Of a DNA stretch of 64,000 nucleotides, positions 52,629 through 64,000 are shown piece by piece (positions within the stretch are counted from its first letter, which is position 1; each line of letters begins with the position of its first letter). The DNA comes from Vicugna vicugna (lineage: Eukaryota): contig MU057999.1 of NCBI GenBank assembly GCA_013265495.1, positions 372,001 to 436,000 of the forward strand. The letters are read 5' to 3'. The position numbers were made by a program, and so were the translations under genes. The notes under the pieces are model-generated. The model had not been told where the DNA came from. It saw nothing but the letters and a program-made list of their open reading frames with translations, and did not search any database.

Positions 52629-54365
52629 TAAAATACTGTTATACCCAATGGAATGCAGCAGCAATCCTGGTACAGGGTGGCATAACAAAACAGCCATGTT
52701 TACACTTTAAATATTTACCATAACTTAAACATACAGACACACATCATGGTCTTTGGCAGAAAATGTTCACAGCACAAAAAAATACTTTAAAAGAAATACC
52801 AAATATTAATCCAAAATATATTAAGTTGTTTTTTTTTCCTTTCACAATATTTTTTTGCCTTTTTTTCTCTTTTTTTTTTTCTTTTTGCTTTGTAAACAAT
52901 GCACAAGAACCAAATGCATTTTTCAGCTTTAAAGAGGGGTTGGGGGTGGATTTAAAAAAATATGCAATTGTCCAGCAAATGCAAATGTTTAAAAAGGAAA
53001 CTCGAGGAACCACGGGAATAAAATAACATACAAAACCTAAAAACAGTAAAGGAAAAAACAAAGATTCATGGAGAACTAAAAACAGTCAAGACAAATGACT
53101 AAAACCCACTAATCGCTCCTGGGGCTGAGTTGGGGGACTCTTTAAGACCAGAAGTTAAGGTCACGGCCACGGGCAGGCTGCCATTGGATGCTTCACTCCC
53201 TTGGCCAAGCGCTGGCCCTGCTTTGGGGCACTGGACGCAGGCAGCTAGAGGAGCCAGCCTCATGGCACCATGCTGCAACGGGGGCTCCCCTCAGAGGACC
53301 CTCTGAGCCACATCTCATGGACTAGTTCTCACCAGCACAGCTCCCTCTCCCAGTCCCTCCAGGTGGGAACAAAGGCTCTGATGAAAACAAGGCCATCTCT
53401 CCAGTCTCCTTCAGGAGAGCCAGTGCTGGGAAGCCCACTGTGGCAATGCCTGTGTGGTGACTCACATCATCTGGCTCAGGGTTCGTAACCAAACCGACAG
53501 GATGTCCCAGGGACAGGAGCTGTGGAGCCATTTCAAGAGGCTGGTGATGGGGGTGGGGTCCCATGGGCATATAAAGCAGGGCTCAGGATGGACAAGAGGA
53601 CAGCTAATATCCCGTGGACCCATCAGGATCAACAGCCACGGGCCAAGGACGTGGGAAGGGGAGGTAACTGGGAGGCTGGTCAGAAGTCACGGGAACCGCG
53701 GCAGCAGAGGTGGGAGCACGGAACCGGGGCACACCTGCAGCCGCCTGCTTCAATCTTCTCTTCCACAAGAAAGGGGATTATATACAAACTGCACAGCGCC
53801 TCCCAAGCCTCTCCACTGAGCAGCTGAGGCGGTGGCTTCTGCGGGACTAACACCCTCAACAGTCCCCATGAGATATGTCTTAGTGATCCCAAGAAGGCAG
53901 TGAGGAGCTGAGGAGCAGATGAGGTGGGAGGACCACAATTCAGCCAGACTAAGCCAGCGCACCTGGTGTCCACCGCAGCTGTCCTTGGAAATCAGCCCCC
54001 GTCAAATCAACAAATCCCCTCCCTCCCGGCCTGAGTGCCCACTAGGGGTGGGCCGAGGGGGCTCCCTTCTGAGCTTTCAGTTACTACCCCGGCAGCAAGC
54101 CTTGGGCAGCAGGTGAAGCTTATGGTACATGGGCCCAGGAGGAGTGTGGGGCTGGCAAGCAGGGTCTTCTGGGGTGCAGGTGCTCACAGCTCCCCTCTCC
54201 GCTGCAGCATCCTTCTTCAGCTCCGGGGACCAGATGGTCCATGGGAACGAGTGCCCGGTTGGGGAAAGTGGGGTAGCAGCAGCTGGAGGGGCTGCTGGAA
54301 TGGCCGCGTGGCAGAGGGCAGAGGAGAGTGGGGAATGGTTCTGAGTCCCCAAGGCACCCCCTCCT
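52600..54365 (-). other. AMOTL2: AMOTL2 3'UTR (~1.75 kb)
   Basis: No recognisable interspersed repeat between the stop codon and the poly(A) signal; the distal ~500 nt is AU-rich. The 3' end is inferred from the poly(A) signal. Confidence 0.8.
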
Positions 54366-54424
54366 TCAGATCAGTATCTCCACCATGTCCGACAGGTCCT
54401 GGACTCTGGATGTAGCAACAGAAT
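54366..54424 (-). CDS. AMOTL2: AMOTL2 last coding exon with PDZ-binding C-terminus
   Basis: Acceptor tctctctccAG|AT TCT GTT; encodes DSVATSRVQDLSDMVEILI then TGA at 54368-54366. The eight exons total 1594 nt = 1 phase base + 531 codons including the stop. Confidence 0.97.
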
Positions 54425-55098
54425 CTGGAGAGAGACATGAACACAGGCACAGGTCAACGGACGTTACCAGACTGCTCTTGCCAATCCTGCCACATTTTAG
54501 AGATAGGATCCATCTTCACCATCTTGCCTCGCCTTAGCTGCCTGGGTCCCCAGGTCCCCAGAACTTGGCCAACCAAGCACAGAGCTCTGCTCCCTCTCAG
54601 ACTTCCAGCCTCCCGAGTGGAAGATGCATTTGTTTATAACTTGGAACTGGTTGGAGGGCTTGGGGGAGGGTGGAGAGCCCCCAGGGAGGGAGGCTGCCGC
54701 ATTCTTTTCGTGCCTGTGGTTTTCTGAAATGCTGAGGCACAGGCAAATATGCAAAGGCTAATGTGAAAGGGAGCAAACACATTAAATGGCATCTTCTCCA
54801 ATTTCTCCTTCCTGGACTCTCTTTAGACAAAGTCTTCTAACTTGAGAGCGCCACTGGGGTAACTCGCCAAGCTCCATGATCTTAGCTATTTGGACTGGCA
54901 ACTAAAGAGGTAAGGAAGACTTGATAAAGTGCCTCCCAGCTGGATCGGTCTGTAATTTAGGGTTGTCCGTTCCTCTATTCATGTATCCAACCAGTTCTCC
55001 CATTCCTAGGGAGATGGGCCTCACACCCTGCTCGCTGGGAGTGTGGCCAATGAGGGGGCAGGGTCTGGGGGTCCAATTCACACCTCAGCCTGCCTTCA

Positions 55099-55383
<285 letters not shown>

Positions 55384-55843
55384 CTACTGGGGGTACAGGT
55401 GGCTCTTGATCTGCAAGAACTTTAATTACGACTAAATGCTCCTGTTTCTAAATGGGGGTAAATACCAGGTTGGATTGGGTTCCAAAAGCTTCAGGTGGAA
55501 GAAGCCTTCTTAAAGGGTTGTGGATTAAATCTTAAAACCAGTAGGGACCCTTGAATTTCTGTGGCATCTGCTTAGGAGGAGCGGAAGGGCTGGCCCCAAA
55601 GGTGCATCTGCACAAGGAGCTCTGTTTTTACTTAGGGTAAGTGGCCGGGGCCAGGCCGGTGGAACCTGGTGGAATTTATGGAGATGGAGATGGGGGCTAC
55701 AGCATGCCTCTTCACATCGCGGGAAGCTGCGGGCTGCAGTGTCACTGGAGCCAGAGGATAAGCCAGCTCCCCTGGGTGAGGGGTCGGGAAGCCCTGGCTC
55801 CTCTGAGCCTCAGTTCTGGGAGGAAAGGCCTGAGAACAACCTA

Positions 55844-56125
<282 letters not shown>

Positions 56126-56767
56126 TCAGACCCACAGATCTGGTGGCCTCCACCCTTCCCACCTTGTAAAAGTTGAAGGGAAAGCCCTCTTTACTGCCAG
56201 TCTGGACCCTCTTATCCTTGCAGCAGGGGCCAGGAGGGGACCTTCAGAAATGCCATCCCAACTCTGGAATTTGATGCTCTGACTACCAGTGCATGAGGTG
56301 CTGGGCCTTTCTTATACCAGCAAAGGCAGGCTGGTCATCAAAGGGATGGGTTCTGGGTACACCTGATGACATCAATGGCACCATCCCGGTCCTGGAAGGC
56401 AACCCCCCAGGGCTCGGTTCATGTCCTTGAGCTTCTGAGTTAGGCATGGGTCATATGGAAATCTTATGGGGCCTATGAGATTGTTTCTTGGAGATAAAAT
56501 ACTAGCTACTCTCAGACCAAGGGCCTAGTCCACATTCCTTCTAGGGTGGTACACAGTGGGACCCTTCCCGCTGATTTACACAGGGGAGGTGGAGCGGGTA
56601 GAGGCCCAGAGCCTTGGATGGCATCCGACAGTGGGGTCTCCTCGGGCAGCCCATGCACTCGGTTGTAACATATGTACAGTGCCAGCTGTGTCAAATGCAC
56701 TGGGGCTCAGCTCAGAAGCAGGAGGGACTGCTGGGCTGGTGGGGCAAGGGACGTTTATCAGGGATTA

Positions 56768-57208
<441 letters not shown>

Positions 57209-57661
57209 TCACCTCCATGGCACACTCTCCCCACACCCGTTCCACCCAGAGACACAGGGGGAGCATGGGTCCCCACACCCTTGCCCTGAATCCTCTGGAA
57301 AGATCAGGTCTGCCTTTGCATAGGTGACCATGTGAGTTATCCTTCAAGTTGGGAAGGGGTGCTCTTAATAATGACTCTGGGACAACAGGTATAAATCAGG
57401 ACAGAACTGGGCAATCCAGGAGGTCTGGTCACCTTACTGCTGTGGGAAGGGTGCGGTTGAGAGTGGAGACAGAACTCTCTCTAGCTGATAAACACGAGAG
57501 CTATTTAAATAGAAGCCTAAGTCTTAAGTCCCCAAGGTCGGTACACAGCCAAGTGGCAATGCTTCTGCGACGATTGGTGGTCGGGAGGGGCTCTCAGCAG
57601 GGCTGGCACAGATCACCCTGGCTTCCCGAGGGTCTGGGCCTGGATCTGAGCAGGAGCTTCA

Positions 57662-58084
<423 letters not shown>

Positions 58085-58899
58085 CTATGTGGCGGGCTCT
58101 GTGCTGACTGCTGCGTGGGCACGACCGCATCTGATCCTCTCAACAACCTAGGAGTTAGGTCCCATTCGTAAGCCCATTGTAACTAAATGGCCAGGAAACT
58201 GAGGCTCCGGTTATGTGGTGAAGTCACGAGTAAATGGCAGCACCAGACCAGGGTCCTTGCAGCAATGACTGGGTTACACTGCTCCTCTGCTGGGACATGG
58301 CTTTCCCAGGAGAGAGCCCCAAACACTGTCCACTTGGGCCAGGTGTCACCATTTCCCAAACACATTCACAATTTCCCTCGAGGCTCATGGTGACACTAGA
58401 GACTCAGAAGAAGCAGGCTGCTTGGCTGCAGTGTGAGGCCCTCACACTCAGAGGCCTCCCAAAGTGGGCATCAGGGCTCATTCTGTGGACCTAGGGCCCC
58501 CTTGTTTAGCGCCACATTCCCTCCGTGGTCTGGAGAGACCACTGAGATGTGGGCAACCAGGCTCATAAAGAAATGCAAACCTTCCAGCACAATGAAAATG
58601 ACTCTGGTCCAAAGATTTGTGTCTGAGGTCCCACCTATCCAGACTTCTAAATCATCTTGTTAACTGCCCAGAAGAATTCTGTTCCGAGACCCTCTTCAGA
58701 AAGCCAGGCCGAGCAAGGACTGAGTCAGACCACTGAGTCCTCCAGCTGATGCTCTAGACTTTAATCCACCTCCCATGCACCTGCCCTTGGGAGTCTCAGG
58801 ATAGCCCCCCGCCTCAGCCCCCAGGCCAGAGTGTGTCTGCAGCCGGCCTCACCACAGGGGGATGGGCTCTGGGGCCTGCCTGATGGACTCAAAGAGCAA

Positions 58900-59120
58900 C
58901 ACTATAATAGCACAGTGGACTTCTCTGCTGTAATGGGTTTGTTCCACACCGTGCCAATCAAAGCAGGAGCCACTAAGCAAGTGTGGCTGTTGAGCACTTG
59001 AAATGTGGCTAGTGCAAGGGAGGAGTCAACTTTTTCATTTTATTAAATTTTAATTAATTTGAATCTTTGGGCCACGTGTAGTTAAGTACCCATCATATAT
59101 TATATATCATATCATATCAG
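58900..59120. mobile_element. MER3-like hAT-Charlie MITE (intronic)
   Basis: GTGGCTGTTGAGCACTTGAAATGTGGCTAGTG...TTTTATTAAATTTTAATTAATTT. Confidence 0.78.
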
Positions 59121-60069
59121 TACAGGTTCTAAAACAGAAGAGTGAAAGCTTGGGACCTGGCAGGCAGAAGGGCCCTGGGGCAGAGAGGGAGAACACAGGC
59201 GACCCCAGGCAGCTCTGGCTCACTCTGGATTTTTGAAGGCTGGATCTGAGCTGGCCTCATTCTTTGATGTGGAGGGGAAAGATGACGAAACTCAATAATA
59301 CTGAAATTGAGCCTTTCATACTAGGCTGGCTTGACACCTGAGGAGGGTGGAGGGGACAGACGGGGAGTGTAGTTGGGAACTTTGGACCTAGGGATAATGA
59401 CTCCATCCTGGTGGCGTCACAGAGCCCGACACCTTACAGAGTTCGCAGAAGGCCTGCATTTCATCTTAGTCTTATGACCTCCCCATCTTATAGCCTCAGA
59501 ACCCGAGGTTCAGGTGAGAAGAAACTGCCCAAGGGGGACAGGACTTAGGAGAACCAGGCCTCAGGACTCAAAGGAGGGCAGGTCCTGACCAGAGCTGGGG
59601 GTCCACATGGCCTGCCCAGCAGGAAAAGCAGATGGCACTGGTGATACTGCACATTTCCCTATTAGTGTTGACTGACTCCACAAAAACGCTGAGGTCAACC
59701 AGAGACATTTTCCCTGAGAATTCTGTCTTCCCCATGGCTTTTAAGGAGCAAGGAAGAGCTGCTCGGATTTCCTCAGCCCCTGGGGAAGAGCCCCGAGAAC
59801 TCGGGCTTTGGCTTCCAGCAGCTTCTAAGGCCCCAGCAAGGGCTGGGCAGCCTCAGACCTAGGCCATCTCTAGATACCGGGATAAAATCTTGGGCATGTC
59901 TGGTGGGGAGGGGAGCTCCCAGGCAGGGGTCGGGGGAGGAGCCTGGAAATATGTAGTGGGGCCCAGGGCTGGCAGGAAGGCAGGGAGAGCTGTGCAGGGA
60001 GCAGGAGGCTGGGCCTTTCTCTTGAGAAAGCAAGGCCCCACCAGCACTTCCCAGTCCCTTTGTCCCAGT

Positions 60070-60320
60070 GTCCCTCCCGCAGCGCAGGCGGGGCGGGGCG
60101 GGGCGGGCACAGCGGAACAGCCCCAGGCTCAGGAATGCCCGGCATCCAGGTCACCCGCAGCTTCGAGATTAATGGTTCCAGCCCCGAGCCAAGAACCGCC
60201 TGGCGCTTGCTCGCTCGCTCGCTCCCTGGGGAGCGGAAACGCCTCCGGGCCGGCCTCCCCGCTCCCGCCCCGCCGCACCTCGCAGCCTCCCTCGCCTGCT
60301 CCCAGAAACCCGCCCATGAC
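60070..60320. promoter_or_regulatory. Intronic CpG-rich element in AMOTL2 (intron between exons about 5 and 6)
   Basis: (GGGGC)n SP/KLF boxes near 60088-60107, GGAATG at 60132, (GCTC)n, high CpG density inside an intron. Confidence 0.55.
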
Positions 60321-61730
60321 TTCCTTTCTGTGGCAGAGCCTGGCCCTCAAAGTTGGCCCTCTCCTCCAGGAAGACCCCATTCTGCCTCCTTCCAGCAGCC
60401 TGTCCTCTCTGGACCCCCAAGGGCAACACCAAGGTCTGCCTCCTCCCCCCTCTCCTGTACCCCACGTTCCTCCCAGAGACCCTAAGGCTTGCCTCCAGTC
60501 AGTACGGCCTAGTTTACCTCCTGCCCATCCCCCACCCCACCCCCAACACCATTCTCCACCCTGGTTGACCCTGTCTAGGGCTCTGAGTCCTCCTTGAGAA
60601 AGGAGGTGCTGCCAGCCAGAGCTCAGTCCTCAAGCTGACCCTCCCCTCCTGGACACCCCCTGCTATCCAGCCACTGTCAGAAGGCCTCCTTCCTCAGAGC
60701 CACCCTCACCAGACACCACTCCACTCCTTTGCAAACACCCCAGACAGTCACTATAGCTCATAGTAAGAGCATACAGGAGGAATTTAATAAACCGTCTCTT
60801 CTGCTAGCTGGTGCTTCTTCCTGCCGCTGAGCCTGTGGCTTCCCAAACTGCCCGCACCCCCACTTGAGTCATCCCGCTGCTTCTTCACCTGTTACCCGCT
60901 CCCCACCCTGCCATCCACAGAGCCCCTCTCTCAGGCTGCTGGGGACGTCGCTGGGAACCTCTCATCACTCCAGGGCCAGGCCACCCTTGTCCCCAGGAAC
61001 CCGTGATGGGAAGATCCTGCTCCCTCCTCAAGCTCAGCCCCTCTCTTGACCTCTCTGCCCTGGTACCTTCCTGGGCTGCTCTGTTCTACACCTGCCAGGG
61101 GCTCAGCTCAGTTCCACTGGTGAACAAATGACTGACTGAATGAGTCGACAGTGAACTCATCTGCTCTTCCAGAAGCCTCCGACCACCCCCTTAGGGGATC
61201 CTCCTGAAGTCCTTCAGGCTGTCCTGTTGGTTAAGCTCCAGGAGCCCATTTCGAGCTGGTGCCTCCCCTTGGCTGCCTTGTTATGGCCCAGGCTCACCAT
61301 GCTTCCCAGCTTCCCACATTCCCCTCTGGCAGCCCTCACCTTTCTATTGCCTGGAACTAACTCCCTCGGAGACTCAGACTCTTCCTTGTCTCTCATCCCA
61401 TCTGTCTCCAGGGCTATCTGGCCATGCCCACGGCCCCCTGCACTTCTGCTTCTAATGGTGCACTAATGGTCAGCTCAGCAAATCACTGCTCCCCAGCTGT
61501 CCCTCTGTATCCACCCATCTCCCCAACACACAGAGAACCAGATCTTGTTCCTCTTTGGAAGCCGCCCCTCCCCTCCAGGCCAGTCCAGCACTGGGTGCCC
61601 AGTAGGCAGTCAGTCAACTCAAGCTCCAAGCACTGACAGAGGGGGCCGATCCTCCGATCCTCCCTGTCCAGAGGGGCTGTCCTGGTCCCACCGGCCACCA
61701 CTCTGGCCAGGCTCCTGAGTAGGACCCCTA

Positions 61731-61853
<123 letters not shown>

Positions 61854-62139
61854 TCAAGGAAAAATGTTTGAGGACAGGTGAAGCTGCCTGCCTGGGCTGG
61901 GGTCCCCTGGGGTCCTATCTGTCGGGCTGCATCCTCCAAGCTGGGGTTGGGCTCACAGGGAAGCCCCAGGTCTCATAGGGGTCTCATGAGGAGGTAGCAC
62001 CCCGGGCCACGTGGCTGAGCGCCCCATGAAGGACCCCAAGGTCTAGACTACAGAGACAAGCATCTCTCAGTCAAGACGTCCCCTTTTGAGTTGATTTATA
62101 CTATTTTTGCAGAGGACAGAGATTCTGAATTACTCCCTA

Positions 62140-62433
<294 letters not shown>

Positions 62434-63305
62434 CTACTCTCCATTAGAAAGAGAGAGAGGGGAGAGGATAAAAGCCATAGCAAAAAATCCAGCTAGCTCG
62501 AGCGGGACAGTCAGCAGGCTGCAGCTCCTGGAGGTGGCCCAGACTGCTGGAATAGGCAAGCCAGGGTCCCTTCAAAGTGAGCTCAAGGCCAGGTTCTCTG
62601 GAAGTGGCTGCCTCCAGGGTGACTAAGCACAGCTTTCCTGAGCCCGACATCCAGAGAGATGTATTTTCTTTTTGTCCAGCTTCTATTGAGAAATCTGAGC
62701 CTAGCGGGCCAGGAGTGGGCACTCAGACTCCAAGCAGGGGCTGGGGGCGGTTGACCTATCCTGTACACCACAAGACGGCCATGGGAGGCCTAAGGCCACC
62801 TGCTAAGGCTGGTAAAACTTCACTGCAGAGGGGAGGACCAGACCCCATCCTGAGCCGCCTCTGCCTGGAGTATCTGCTTCTCGGGCCATCGCTGTCCACC
62901 CCGGAGGGCCAGCCTGCCCCGCCTGCCCCTCCCACTTGGCGGCTGGCAGGCCCCGCACGTGCTCCTAGCTGGCCCGCGATTCCAATAAGTCGCTAGTTTT
63001 TTCCAAGAGGAGAGGCTTTCTCTTTGGCCAAGGCTGGCCTGGAACAGACTTGCTGTTGTGTGGGGGACACAAAGGGCTCTCTGTGGGAGGTGGCCCTGGC
63101 AGGGGGTGTGTGCAGGGGAAGGGTGCGAGTGTGAGGGAGCTGGTGAATGGGCTCTTTCTCATCGCCCCTGGGCAGCAACTGCTCGTGCTCCAGGCCCGCT
63201 CTGCCGGCTGCTCCCCAGCTGTCTGAAGTCAGCCAGGCGGGTGCATGAGGGACGGGTGTGGGGGCCCCAGGGACGGGGTCAGAAGCCCAGCCAGACAAGC
63301 TTTCA

Positions 63306-63770
<465 letters not shown>

Positions 63771-64000
63771 TCAGAGCCACCCCAGTCGTCCCATGCAGAG
63801 TGGACAGACAGCCTCCCCACAGCATTAGGCAGCGAGCAGTGGGGAAGGCCTTTTCCACCTGGTGTCCGCAAGACCCTCAAGGGCCAGGGGAGCGGGGCTG
63901 AAGAGGATGAATGTTAGGATGCTTGTTTCTTGCCCAGCCTCACTGTGGCCAAGGCCTTGGGGATCAGCCTGAGCAGTCCTGGCTTCCTAAGGGACAAGTG

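Noticed and set aside
54351..54357. miR-124 seed match GTGCCTT in mRNA sense
   Set aside because: It lies about 10 nt after the stop codon, where seed sites are generally ineffective, and a 7-mer alone is weak evidence.

Overview
Mammalian genomic DNA, most likely a camelid (camel/alpaca), inferred from nine copies of a tRNA-Ala-derived SINE of the Vic-1 type. The right end holds the 3' two-thirds of AMOTL2 (angiomotin-like 2) on the minus strand. Eight coding exons (63723 down to 54366) splice GT-AG and in frame into about 530 aa, covering the coiled coil, the Angiomotin C domain and the C-terminal PDZ-binding motif EILI*. A ~1.75 kb 3'UTR ends at an ATTAAA signal near 52.6 kb, and the 5' exons lie beyond the window. 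The other ~52 kb is intergenic and repeat-rich (SINE, L1, L2, MIR, ERV1 and MaLR LTRs, hAT DNA transposons), with a few CpG-rich regulatory candidates. I found no other credible protein-coding gene and no evidence of a new multi-gene system. The best leads are: a motif-dense CpG island at ~14.1-14.3 kb (CTCF, three TEAD sites in inverted repeats, a steroid-receptor palindrome); a mirtron-like hairpin at an AMOTL2 acceptor; two different solo LTRs with overlapping target-site duplications; an L1 variant with a swapped 3' end present twice; and a NAGNAG acceptor with an apparent 15-nt deletion in AMOTL2. Repeat family names, exon numbers and comparisons with human come from memory and were not database-checked.
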